From: Marsupella aquatica
Lineage: Eukaryota > Plantae > Marchantiophyta
DNA length: 64,000 bases
Direction of reading: 5' to 3'
Assembly (NCBI GenBank): GCA_973895155.1
Contig: OZ316892.1
Coordinates: 19,353,769 to 19,417,768, forward strand
Shown here: positions 49,422-62,300 of the stretch, one piece after another
How positions within the stretch are numbered: the first letter of the stretch is position 1
Layout of the letters: every line of letters starts with the position of its first letter
Position numbers and translations under genes: made by a program
Notes under the pieces: generated by a model
Told to the model about the DNA's origin: nothing
Databases searched by the model: none
Seen by the model: the letters and a program-made list of their open reading frames with translations, nothing else

Positions 49422-50956
49422 ATGGCAACCTATGCATCGGACCATGATGGGGGCAGGCATCATCGGCACAGATACCATCATCATCATAGGGGGACGTATG
49501 ATGAGTCGGATAGGCGAAGGGATGACTCGTGTGACGATGACGATGAGCATGGCGGTAGTTCTCACCGACATAGACACCATCATCGGCATAGGAGGAGTTC
49601 AGCTTCATCGGGCTATAGGAGCAATGACGAGCGGCAGAGGAGGAGGGATGACGAGGGAGGGAGGAGGAGGGATGACTCATCCTATGAGGACCATGGTGGG
49701 GGTACTTACACCCGACGCAGAGATGACCATCATCATAGGGGGAGGGATGACTTGTCGGACCGGGAGAGAGATTACTCACCAGACATGTATGATCGATCTA
49801 GGCGTCACCGATCCAGGCGTCGTCGACGCAGACATGGTTCCGACGGTAGGAGAGGCCGGAGCCCCCATCATGCTGATGGATTTGGAGAGGCCATGGCTGC
49901 TCTTCAGGGGATTGGGCCAATTCGCAAGATGCCTTGCCCTTGCAGACGATGCAAGGGTGTTGTCTTACACGAGAGGACCACTGTCCTTAGCCATTTAGGG
50001 ATCCATGGTCGTTACACCCCCCCGACCCAAGAGGTAATACAATTTTGTTGGGTATTGCAATTATGATAACATCTCCTTCCTTGAATTGTTTTTTGATTGT
50101 CATATTCTGAACTTGTTTTGGTGAACATGTGGAACAGATTCCTGTTGTAGTGCGATCTTCGCCTGTGGACCGCTTGAGAGACATTGCATATCGTGCACTC
50201 GCACCACTCGTCCATCCATCCGATTTGCCAGCCACATTGAGGGAGATAGACCGTGTATTTCGGAGGAGGAGGAGAGTGTTTAGGATGCACCCTATTGAGA
50301 GGGGAGTAGTGGTGACCACTAGACCCCGATCGATTGAGTCCCGTCCACCTAGGATTGTTCCGCCCCGATGCCCTTTTCTTGATGCATCGGTGTCCCGGGC
50401 ACCGAGACAGTTGCGAGGGAGAGCCTTGGACATCTTAAAGGACTCCTTCCCAGCCCAGTTTGGACTCCCTATGGACCTCCCGCTTCGGGAGCCTATTATA
50501 GTTTGGGACCGCCCATGGGTCATCCTCCCCTCCACATTGGGGACTCATGTAGGACTTGGAGTATTTGCTCTTGTGGATATCGTGGTCCCTACCGGTTGTG
50601 CACCCGATGATTTGCCTCAGTTGTTTCCATTCTATGGGCCCAAGTATTTGGCGGCAAGATGGCGCATCTTGTCCCGACAGTGCCCAACCTTTAGTCGATA
50701 TGGCATGTCACTAAAGTTGGACCCTAGGTATGCTCAGATTGATGGTTACCCACCTCGCACGGGGAACTTGGCGGGTTACATCAATAGCACTATTGGTTCT
50801 CGGCGTTCAGGGTTTAGGCCAAATGCTGAGTGGCACGAGTTCCATGACCAGAGTCACCCTCGTTTGCCTGTAGCATGCACGCATTACATCTTGACACATG
50901 CTACCCGCACCATTAGAGCAGGGGAAGAGATTCTCGTAGATTATGATTGGCATTGA
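49422..50956 (+). CDS. Putative spliced protein: His/Arg/Asp-rich region, CPCxxC..HL..HG zinc finger, SET domain
   Basis: Exon 49422-50033 joins exon 50138-50956 in phase 0. SET motifs VGLGVFA, NLAGYINS and ATRTIRAGEEILVDY; no internal stops. Confidence 0.72.
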
Positions 50957-51089
50957 TGTTTACATGTGTACATGACATATTCATTATGGGGTGACCCTTG
51001 AATTTTTCATTATTGATGTTTCACTGTAAGCTTTATCACGGAAACCCTTTCTCTAATTGTTATTTGTCATTGCATATTGAAAACTCTAG

Positions 51090-54000
51090 GATGGTGTACA
51101 TATTACTCCCACACCTCACCCATCAATGATGACTACATCAGCCCGTGCCTTTCACGTACGTGCCACCTTACATTTCTCAGACGAGGAGGATGCTGAGGGT
51201 CAGCCCCTTGACCATGATGAGATGGACGATGAGGATGAGGAGTACCATGATGCATATGATGGAGAGTTGGATGATGATGGAGAGTTGGATGATGATGTTG
51301 ACGATGAGGGAGATGAGGGAGATGAGGGAGATGACCCTATCCTTGAAGAAGATGCCTTTGCCCACCTTGTTGACGTTCACTTTGGACCTCATGCACCTGA
51401 CGCCGAGCACCCTATCATGGAAGTGGATCAAGAAGATTGGGATCACTTGGAGACTGAAGCCAGAACACCACTATTTGAGGGATCTCCATCCTCATGGTAA
51501 GGTTGTCCTAAAATTATCACAACTCCGGAATTTCATCCAGTGAATATTGGGCAGTCTAAATTGTAGTGCCAGGCATGCCATCTAGCTACTTGGACTAACT
51601 GCAAAAAGTCTGGTGTTTGTGGTTTTGCAAATCCAGGTTGGGTGCAACTTTGTTGATGTTGAATTTGCAAGGAGTTTTCAATGGTTCGGATGTCCATACA
51701 GATGCACTCTTCCAATTGTTCCACGACAAACTCTTGCCCCAACCAAACACTCTCCTTGGATGTGTGAGGGAGGCTAAGAAGTTGTTAGCCTCAATTGGAT
51801 TGGCTTTAGAGACTATCCACATGTGCCCAGGTGGGTGCATCTTGTATAGAGGGGTGTACAAGGATCACACTCACTGCCCAGAGGAGCACTATAGGCTTCC
51901 ACGGTATCGACCAGACACCATTGGAGACAAGATTGTAGAAAAGGTAATGTTTTCCTCAACGCAATGTGAGAACAAGAAAGTCCAACTTTTAACGTTGCAT
52001 TCTTTCAAACAACGTCGTACATGACTATGTAATTGATTACTTTACGTCGTCCATCTCACTTTATGTCTTTCCACCTGACGTTTTTTTGTTTTTACGTCGT
52101 ATGGGATGCAGTAACTAACGTCGCATGGTACATTAGGGTATGAAACATCGTCCTTTACGATGTTAGTTTTAATAATACGTAGTGTGGAAGGACGTTTATT
52201 GTGATTGTCGTCAAATTGACGACGTTACATTGGATCTGGCAGGTTTTTCGTTATTTCCCAATCACTCCCCGACTTCAGCATCTCTACCGACGAAAGCACT
52301 TATCCACACTACAGACTTGGCATGTGGAGAACAAATCCCCACCAGGGATAATGCAATACCACCAAGATAGTCCAGCGTGGAAGCACATTGATGCCACTTG
52401 GCCAAATTTTGCCCAGGAGCCAAGAAATGTTCGTTTGGGGTTGGCAATCGATGGAGTGAACCCATATAAACAACGACGGAAGCCAAGTCCATCTGGCCTG
52501 TTCTTTTGATAAATCAAAACATCCCTCCATGGTTGGCAATGAAGAAGGGTCATGTGCTTCTATTAGCTATAATTCCTTGACCCAAGGCCTGTAAGAATCC
52601 TGATATCTGTTTGGCTCCAGCTTATGAAGAGCTACATAATCTATGGGAGGTTGGAGTAGTGACAACAGATGTCACTCGTGAAGCAGGCAATGGTAGGACC
52701 TTCAATATGAGGGTGATGATCACTCATTGCACCACAGATGGTCCAGGTAATTCATTGGGCAACCCAATGACTATTGTTTGCACAATGTCATGTACAATGC
52801 AAGTGTTGGGGTTATTTGTGGTCTGAACATGGTTCAATGAAATGGCAGGTATGGGGACAATATCTGGCCTGAAGGTGGCAGGTTTTTCAGCTTGCCCTTC
52901 ATGTGGCCCAGAGTTGCGTGGGAGGTACTCAAGACTATTGCACAAAACCACATATGAGGGCAGTAGGGTCCGGTTGGCAATGGATGACCACTTGCGACAA
53001 AACACAACACATTGGGCAGAGACTGAAGTGCGGCCATGTCCTAATGGCCCTTCAGCTGAAGGACAAATTCAAATGGCAGAGAAGGTGGAAGCAAAGTTAC
53101 TAAAACCCAAGGATTGTGGAGTAAACCGACGCTCAGCTATGTGGGACTTGCCTTATTGGAGGGTAAGTGATAGAAGTGCATGGTTCCTTTACAGCAAATT
53201 AGACCAATAAAATTCTTAATTTAGAGATTGCAACTGATTCAATATGTTATTTCAATTTCCAGAGACTCCAGGTTCGATGGTTGTTGGACCCCATGCACAT
53301 TGAAGTGAATGTTGCTAAGAACTTGGTGAAGCACATTTATGGGACGAATGACACTCGTGGAGTCCGAGAGGATGCTGAGAGGGTTGGAGTAGTGAAGAGT
53401 TGTTGGATAACACGTACTGGGGAGAAACCTCCTGGTCCTTGGATTTTTCCAAGAGAGGTTTTGAAGGACATGAATGGGATGATAAGCGAGATGAAGTTCC
53501 CTAGCCATTACGGAGCTGGTTTTCGTGGGTGCACTACAAGGAATGATCACATACCCCCAATAGGGTTGAAGTCTCATGATTATCACAAGTTGATACAGCA
53601 TGTGCTACCAGCAGTCTTGCGTTGTTGTGATGATTCCCGGGAGCGTCGTTTACTCCGTCTGACTATATATGAGATGTGCTCCATTTTTAGGTATGATAAC
53701 GTACCCTCTCTTCCATTGCTCTCTTGCAAGTTCTTGTTACCGCTGAAGGAGCCATGTAATTCAACAAGTATTTCAAACTCATTTTTCTATGGCCCTATGT
53801 GGATCTGATATACAAAATCTTTGATGGTTTTGAGGAGGAACATAGGTGGGTATGCGCTAAGGAGATAAAGGAGTCTGAGATTCCTTTGATGAGAGAGAGG
53901 TCAGCTCGCGTGATGTGCAATATGGAGAAGGTGTTTCCCCCATGCATATTTGACATGCAATTGCATTTACTATGTCACTTGGTGGATGAGGTCGCGATTG

Positions 54001-55075
54001 CTGGTCCTGTCCATGCACGTTGGATGTATTGGGTAGAGCGCTTCATGAAAGTGCTCAAGTCCATGGTGCGTCAACCAGCTCGACCAGAGGGAAGTATGGC
54101 AACGGGGTATATCATGTCGGAGTGCCTCTTTTATTCCGGAGGGATGATAGGGAGTTTGGACACAGAAGCTCCCACAGCTTGGGAAGAGGCACAAGATGAT
54201 GACAATGGTGGGTTGCGTTTGATGGGTGCATCAAAAAAGCGTTCACTACATGACAACATACTTCGCCTACAGATCCACAATTATGTGTTGGGAAATCGCC
54301 CAGAGATGTCTCAGTGGAGGGAGTTGCATAGGTACATATATGCAACTCTATATAATTGTTAATCTAACAGTAGACGTTGTTCTACATTCTATGTGTGTAG
54401 AAGTTAGAGTGGGTTCAAGGAGCACTTCTTTGGATTGTGCAATATTCTCATGGATTCATACATTTTTTGCAGTGCATTCTTGGAGCAGCAACCGATAGTT
54501 GCACAACGGTATGCATTATTTCGCGTATGGGCATTGGAGCGCATGGATAGGCTCCTTGCAGAGCATGAACCCTTATCCATTCCCATTGATGTACAGAACA
54601 TCATTAGGGGACCAGGGTTGTGGGCAATGACCCATACACACATGTATGAGTCAGGGCACCACTTTCGCACTTGGAGGACAGATCACATGAAGAAGAGTAC
54701 ATGTAACTCAGGAGTGTTCATGTTGACAGACCCAGGTGATGTTGAGATTCCCTATTGTGGCACTATATTGGATATTTTAGATGTTCACTTTGGGTCATTT
54801 ACTACTATTGTGTTAGAGGTGCGGTGGCACAAATCCATCATGTCACCTCCACATAGAGCCACCATGGTGAAAGATGAGTGTGGGTTCTATCGGGTAGACA
54901 CGACTCGTGTAGCACCATCCGGGACTGAGGTTAGTGACACTATAGTAATACACTGATCCTAGCCAGGTGGATCAGTGTATTATGGTTCCGATGCACACTA
55001 TGAGAGGATGGTCCATCGTCATTCCCATCTTCCCACGACGGAGGAAGGGTTTGATGGCATCAGTAATTGTAGATG
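51090..55075 (+). pseudogene. CACTA TnpD-type transposase, exons 2 onward (exon 1 at 49422-50033)
   Basis: IHMCPGGCILY, FRYFPITPRLQHLY, DSPAWKHID..EPRNVRLGLAIDGVNP, LDPMHIEVNV, GLKSHDYH, GPVHARWMYWVERFMKVLK..PEGS, YCG.I.DI and DECGF. GT-AG introns; a frameshift near 52475 and stops near 52578 and 54954. Confidence 0.92.
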
Positions 55076-55604
55076 ATATGGATCCATGACCATAAATGTA
55101 TTCGGTGCATGTATATATTCGTTATGGCCACCTTCATGTGGGTTTGTAGCATCTGTGGGTAACGTCGTTGTATGACTATTACGTCCGGTAGACCAATGTA
55201 TCTTCAAACTACGTCGTATCAGGCAGACGTTAATTCCAATTAACGTCGTTTTATTGAGCCTTCAACGATGTTAATTTAGCCACAACCCCATTTACGTTAC
55301 TCCACACGACGTTGATTCTCCACTTAAAATGATGTTAAACTAACTTACGTCATTTTAGGGTACGTATTAAACCAAAGACGTCGTGTATTGCAACGTTACT
55401 ATATCCGCGCGACGTTAATGACAGTGGTGACATTAATTGGCACATGCATTCAAAATGAAAAACATGAGGGAGTCTTTATTCAGTTTCAGTATGATATAGA
55501 GATACAAAGGTCCTACAAAGCACATTGCATGTCCACCACAAAGCGACTATAACCTAGCCAAATCACTAAATTGCCTCATCCATTGACATCCAGATTGTTG
55601 CTAC

Positions 55605-56165
55605 TTAAGGAGTTCCTTCACCAGACCAGTAGTACTCCTCATCTGCCTTCCTTCTTTTGTAAGAATCACGCCTCTGCCTCTGGTTCCATTTCTTGCGGAT
55701 GACCTCTTCCCCAGCCTTTAGCCTTTCAGCCTCAACCTCAGCTGCACAACTTTCCTTGTAATCATACAAGACAATGTGAAGCTCAGTCGGAGACAGCTCA
55801 CATTTGGGCAATGTAGGTAGATATGCTTCCCCATCATCTGGGTTGGGCGCCTCATCCAACATCTGATCATCACCTGGATGCAGCAGGAAGTCTCCTGGAT
55901 CCAACTGTTTGTTGGCCAGAATTGAGCACTCTACCCAACGGATAGAAATGAAATGAACTGTCTCTGCAAAGTGCTCGATCAATCCATGGTAGTCACTGAA
56001 GTGCTCAACAACTTCTTTCCACGTATAGGCCAGCAAGTAGTCTGTTTCCGAGGTACACAACTTCTCAATAACACCTCCCCGACAAAAGAACCCACGTATA
56101 GTCTTGTCCTCTTCACCAAGTGGAAGGAAGCAACAATGCACATCTTTGAAGAACTTGCGCACCAT
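55605..56165 (-). CDS. Hypothetical 186-aa protein inside the CACTA element
   Basis: Stop-free ATG ORF with protein-like composition, bounded on both sides by the element's repeat blocks. No recognised domain. Confidence 0.5.
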   Translation of the reverse strand: MVRKFFKDVHCCFLPLGEEDKTIRGFFCRGGVIEKLCTSETDYLLAYTWKEVVEHFSDYHGLIEHFAETVHFISIRWVECSILANKQLDPGDFLLHPGDDQMLDEAPNPDDGEAYLPTLPKCELSPTELHIVLYDYKESCAAEVEAERLKAGEEVIRKKWNQRQRRDSYKRRKADEEYYWSGEGTP

Positions 56166-59100
56166 GACTGAACATTGAGTCTAGATCCCACGCTGCAATT
56201 TCTCTGTACTCAGGAAGAGTGCATTCTCCAAAAATCACAAATGCAAGCCTACTTTGGTCTCAGCACTCTTAAACCAAAATCCTCCCGTAGAAAACCCAAG
56301 CTATACTCGAGTCAGCATGGACTACTCCTCATTCAAGTCGTCCACACCGATGTACTCAACGTCTAACATGGCTTGATTCAATTGGAACGTCCTACAGAGC
56401 AACGTTACCACTTTTACGTCTCCCTCCACGACGTAAACATTGACGTCGTTATACCCTAAACACATTACGTCCTCTAATACGTCGTTAATATTGAACGATG
56501 ACCAAAACGACGTTTAGGACAGCTCATCCAGAGACGTTAATTTTAAACGTGTTTCCAGCGACGTTAAAATGGGGGCAATCAGCGCTTAGATTTCTCCGAC
56601 GTCGCCGTTATGTCGGACGTAGTTATAAATGTAGTCATGGAAGTCGTTAATTATATTAACGACGATTATGAGGAGGTATTGTTTGCATCCGACGCAACAA
56701 AATCTAGTTGTGCCAACTCGATAAACTTGTGGAGATATCTTCTTCAATCAAAGAATCTCCTTCTGAGAGTGATGGAGAGCCTGCAGAGAGAGTTATGATG
56801 GCTAATAAACGACCGTCAAATCTCAGCTTGTGTGAAACAAAGATGACAGACGAGGATATCAAGAAGACAAATCGTAAGTACTGCTGTCAACGTCATTGTC
56901 TCTTGAGTCTTTCACCAAAACAAATTCGTGAAGCACGCTCAAAGTTTTTGAGGCAAAAATCTCAGGATCAATCTTTATCTTTGCAGTGGCTCGTCAAGCA
57001 AGACGGAAATGAAGAGGGGAGGTCCAATGTCACATACATGATTGGACAAAGAGATGTGTGTCGGAAAGCTTTCAAGATGGTCTTTTGTGTAGGAAATGAG
57101 AGATTGAATAGGATCAAGAAGCTAGGCAATCAAGATCTTGCTTATCCTAGACCGGCTGGTCGACCTCCATCTGTGAGAACATTGGTATTGAGCTCTTGGT
57201 TGAAGTCTTTTTTTGAGACGCGTGTGGAGACTCTACCAAATAAAGATGTTTCACATTTGCCTGATAATTATTCCAAACTAGAAGTTTGGAAAATATATGA
57301 TTCAAGCTATGTGATCACTGATGAGTCATCCAAAATATCATATCGGCAATTTTTGAAAGTATGGTCACAAGACTTTGGGCATGTGAAGATTCCTCCTGTG
57401 AATCGTTTTAGTGCTTGTGCGGACTGTGAGGAATTCAAAACGATTCGAGACAAAGGAGTCTCTGAAACTGAAAAACGTAAGTCATTTTCATTTTTGTTGT
57501 TTTGAACATGTCTTTGTATTAGATTCGTCAGGAAATCAATTGAGTAATGGCTAAACATTAGGAATGAATTTCAAGTTAACAACTTTGCTCTACCATTTTT
57601 TGATTCATTGCAGGGAGAGGAGAAATAATGTTACAAAAACATCGAGAACAACAATCGAAAGAGCGGGAAAAACTAGCAAAGCATCGAAAGAAATGTTTCA
57701 CAAACCCAGAAAAATATTTGGGAGTTGTGATTGATGGAATGGATCAAAAAAAGACTAGATTACCCCATTGGCCACGTCCTCCAAAATCCGTTGATGAGGC
57801 CTGTTTAATCCAAATGCATGTGGTTGGTTGTCTTCTTTTCCATGGAGCACTATTTTCTAGGGTGTTCCTTAATTATCCAGTTCTCCATAATGATGGAAAT
57901 CTTACCATTACTATTTTACAAAGAGTATTCCTAGAATACCAAGAGAAGTATGGGGGCCTTCCACCAGTTTTTTACCTTCAGCTTGACAATACAAGTAGGG
58001 AAAACAAAAACAATTTACTTTTCACATATCTTCACATGCTGGTACAAAAAAAGGTATTTCGAAAAATCAAACTTGGATTCCTCTTAGTTGGACACACCCA
58101 TGATCAAATAGATTAGATGTTTAGTAGGTTCTCAAAAAGGCTTGGAAGATTTAAGGCCTTTACCTATGATAGTTTATGTAAGATTATTCAAGAATCTTAC
58201 CAACCCCAACCTGAAATTACCCTTTTAAATGAGACATATGATTTTCGAAAATTTGCTTTCTCAGAGCCTGCTTTGATCAGAGAAAGGATACGAAATGTTA
58301 CTTTTCATCACCAATATAAAATTTCTTTTGCTTGTGAAGATGATCAAGTTCCAACACAATGGGGGAAGAAATTTTCCACCGACACGGTTTGGAAACCAGA
58401 AGGAGGTGTTAAATTGTTGAAAGAAGACATGCCACCAAAGGTGATTGGGTGCTCTGATGGGATGCCACTTATCAAGAAAGGAGACAAGAAACGAGATGAC
58501 GGAAGGGCGGGAAATCAAGCTCATGTATCATCTTCAGGAAAAATGACCTTGTCCGAAATGGATGATTGTTTGAATGAAATTCAAAAAGGTATATTTGCAG
58601 CTCAGATATTATTCTCGGAAGAAGAAGTTGTTTGGTGGACTTCTTTTTTTGAGGAACAAAGAGAATTCAATCGATCTCTCTTGCTTGAAGAAAGACCTTT
58701 GATCTCTCCATTTGAATGGCCCAAGGCACAAGGGGATACAAATGTTGAAGCTGATCTCGGAGCTGAACCTCTTACAACAATATTGAATGAGGAAGAAATT
58801 GAAGAGAGAGTGTACGGTCCAACTAGAGAAATTTATGTTGGTCCATATCGAAATCAAGAAAAGATAGATGCAGAGAAGGAGAATATGGAAGGTGATTTTT
58901 CTGATTTGGAAATCAACACATTTATTTCTGTGGCCGGAGAGAAGTCTGAATCATTTTGGGTGGCTAAAGTAGAAAAAAATGTTCTTCGCGATGAGGCTCA
59001 CATCCCAAAGATTATCTCAGTTCTGTGGCATGCAGCAAAGAAAGGATCCGACCCTTGGAAAGGAAAATATCTGCCAGAAGTGTTGAGTTACGAGAAGAAG

Positions 59101-59323
59101 AAAAGTGGACGAGGCAAGGGAACCTTGAAACCAGTTTGGTTTCGTCAAGACCTTGATCTGTCTTCAACTACGGTCTTTGCATATAATTTTATGCTAACAA
59201 GGTCTGATACTCTTTACAAGAAAACAATAGATCGTATTAAAATACGACTCTCAGAATTTCTCAAGGAGGAGAAAGACCAAGAAGGTGAAGGTAGCATAGT
59301 TAGAAATTATCAACAAGAAACTT

Positions 59324-62300
59324 TGTGATGCCTAGACAGGAATCACTCGGCCGGTTAAGTGGGTAAAGCAGGAAGGCACCCTAGGAACACCTTAGTATAG
59401 GGACAAAACAAGGAAAATATAAACAATTAGGGGCAACCATGGAACCCGGGCCGAGGCCAGAGGTAAGGCTGAGGGTGAAAACCCGATTAGGGTTAGGGCG
59501 CGTTAAGCGTCGGCGGCTAGGAAGGATCAACGGGAAGAAGGACCGGCGGAGGAGAGGGGTAAGGAGCGCTTGCAGGAGATGGTGGCTCATTTGCGAGCAC
59601 GAACTAGGCAGACGACTACGAGAGGCCAACTACTGTCAGCTGCTTAGGCAAGCACTCGGGGAGAGAGTAGATACCGACGATCGACCTAAGGAGGGTATGA
59701 GCAACGTCAATCAAGCGGCACATTTCTGGGGATGCCTGTTCGAACGGGCAACTGAGTACATCAAGACTTACGAGGACGAGGAATCAGAAAGGGCAGCTCG
59801 AGAACGGCAGGAGCTCGCTCGATTGTGGGAGCTGCAGAAGACGGCTTTCTTAGGAGGCGAACTCATCAAGGACGAGTTCCTGTGGACGCCTACTTCCAAT
59901 CAACTCGACGATCTTCTGTTTTGCAAAGACAGCGTCGTCGGCATCCGAGAGGCCATCAAGAACTGCAACGACATACACTGGGAATTAAAGGGTAGCACGG
60001 AAAGGTGGACCCAGGCAACGGTGCTAGGAGAAACCTCCACGGCAGCAGAGATGAAGAGGAAGGGAGCCGTCAACGATGAAGCCACCCCGGCAAAAAGAAC
60101 GAGGTCGGCGGCACCAAAGAAGCCAGTCGAGCAGTAGAGCAGGAGGCAGGGAGAAGCCGAAGAGGAGGAGGTCGATCCCATCAAGGCCATTCCAACCAGG
60201 GATGACACCTGGAAGGGCTGGGCGGCAACCCTACCGGTGGAGGTGCAACTACATTTTGCATGGGAGGAGGATGCATGCTTTACGGCCATGCAGACCAAGA
60301 AGTACCAAGGCTTCATGGCCGGATCCGGCTTGGAGGCCTTTGTAAGATTACCATGGCTGAAGCCGGAGGTACCGGAGTCAGACCTATTAGAATTCGTGGG
60401 GTCATGGGAACCCGAGACCAATTGCACGAGGATATATGGGAAGGATTTCTATCTTACTCCCAAGGTAATTGCCGAAGTGTTTGGCCTGCCGATAGGCAAT
60501 AAGACCAAAGTTGATACCAGGAAGACCTTGCCTGACAAGGAGTTCCGGTCGTTCCCCGGGCCATCAACGAAGAATGGCTTCTTCCGGAACACCTGCACCA
60601 ACCCGCACATAGGAGAGATGATCGACTTCTTGCGGGTGACCATGCATTGTAACTTGCCGAGGGCAGAGATCGGCAAGGCACAGGTCTATCTGGCAGAAAG
60701 GCCAGACCCAAGCCGGGACTACAACGGGTACCTCCTCAACCAATTGAAGAAGATCTTAAAGGAGGATCAGCAGGTAATCGGCATGGGGAGCGTGTCGCGG
60801 CTGGGCTATCACATGCCGCTGTTGTGCAGGTATGCCAGAGGTCAGACTTTTGCCCCGGTACTTCCCCTGCAGGTAAGGGCACCCGAGGAAGCTCCAACGC
60901 CGAGGCCGTTGGCTGAGAAGCCTCAACCACCTGTTAGTCCTACTATCGAGCAGGTGTTTAGGCCCAGGAAGGAGGACTTGCCGATGCAGCAACCAGGCAT
61001 GTAGAGTCTGCTGAAACTACTGGAGAAAGAAAAGAAATCGGCATCGGCAACAACAACGGCAACGGCAACAATGCAGGACACTACTACAGAGGTAGGCCTA
61101 CACCGGCTCACAAGAGAAAACCCCTTTGCTGGAGACAAGGAGAGAATCAGGCCGGAATCCAAGCCTGGTGTTCGAATGTACGTGGGAACCTCAAGCTCCG
61201 AATCTGAGGCAGAATTGCCTAAAGCTCCTACCGACGAAGAGGAGAGGGAGAAGCCGGACGTCCAAGAGGTAGAGGAGGCAGTGAAGGACTGCAGCCATGA
61301 GAATACCGGCTATGGGTCGGACCATCACGTTCCAGGAGTAAGGACTTGTGGCCGGTTTGTCCCCACACTTCCAAGGGTAGTGCGAGGGGACCCCAACCAA
61401 CAGAGTAGCCCTAAGTCTCCCCCACCAGATGTTGCTCCCCCGAGCTTCGACGGCATAAAACAGACGGTGCAGGAATTTCAGGAGCGAATCAAGCAAGAGG
61501 AGGAGGCCGCCCTGGCTAAGGAAAAGGATTTACCAGGAGGAGATTGGCCGGAGGACATCAGGCGGCTAGCCAAAAAAGGAAGCAAACCTCTAGCCACGAT
61601 TGAAGAGATCCGCAGGACGGCTTGGGAGCAGAGGCCGCGATGGGCGATGCCGATCACTTCTACTTACTCCACCTATGCTAAGAATAGAGCCATGGAGTAT
61701 GGTGAGATGTGTGGGGAACTTGCGCTCGGCATCTTTGGAGAGGAGTTGGAGGTAGGACCCTTTTTCCATAGGGAGCAGTTGGAGAAGCACCAATTAGAAG
61801 AAGCGGTGGCTTTAGAGAGAAGCAAGAAGGACGAGGTCATTCGACGGCTTAGGAGGATGGAAGCCGAGATTGAAGATCTAGGGGCGGCCAAGAAAGCCCA
61901 AGATGAACTGCGGATTAAACGACATGAGCTGAACATCATGCAGGGGTAGTTGGACACCGCGCAGGCTGATAATCAGAATATCAAGGATAAACTGACTCAG
62001 ACGCAGGAAGAGTTGGCCGACACGATCAAAGAGAGGGAGAAGTGGAAGCAAGAGCTGAAGAATACAGAGGAGGCCCACATAACAGCCAACAGCCGGGCCA
62101 TGGCGGAGACCCAAAGAAAGGAATGGGCGTTGAAAGGGGAGCTCGAGAAAATCCGCGGAGCCCTTGAGCAGAAGGAGGCCGAGTTAGGGAAATCCTATCA
62201 AGGGATTATGGCGCTGCAGCAGGAGCTTGCGTCCCTGACGGCCAGCTTCAAGGCCGACCTAAGGGAGAAGGACGAGATGCTCGAACAGACTTACGCCAAG

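Larger units (their letters stand above)
46184..56712 (+). mobile_element. Complete CACTA/EnSpm DNA transposon (10,529 bp) with CACAA termini
   Basis: TIRs CACAACTACATTAT / reverse complement CACAACTAGATTTT; 3-bp TSD CCA; dense GACGTTA/TAACGTC subterminal repeats; TnpD-like and TnpA-like genes inside. Confidence 0.93.
45357..59323 (+). pseudogene. Sola1-like DDD transposase 2, split by the CACTA element and ended by LTR-A copy 3
   Basis: Excising 46184-56715 restores the frame (RGLSAYQLDKLVEI). Intron at 57477-57613. Motifs IDGMDQKKT, LQLDNTSRENKN, LVGHTHDQID*MFS and C-terminal FWVAKV. Three in-frame stops (TGA, TGA, TAG). Confidence 0.88.
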
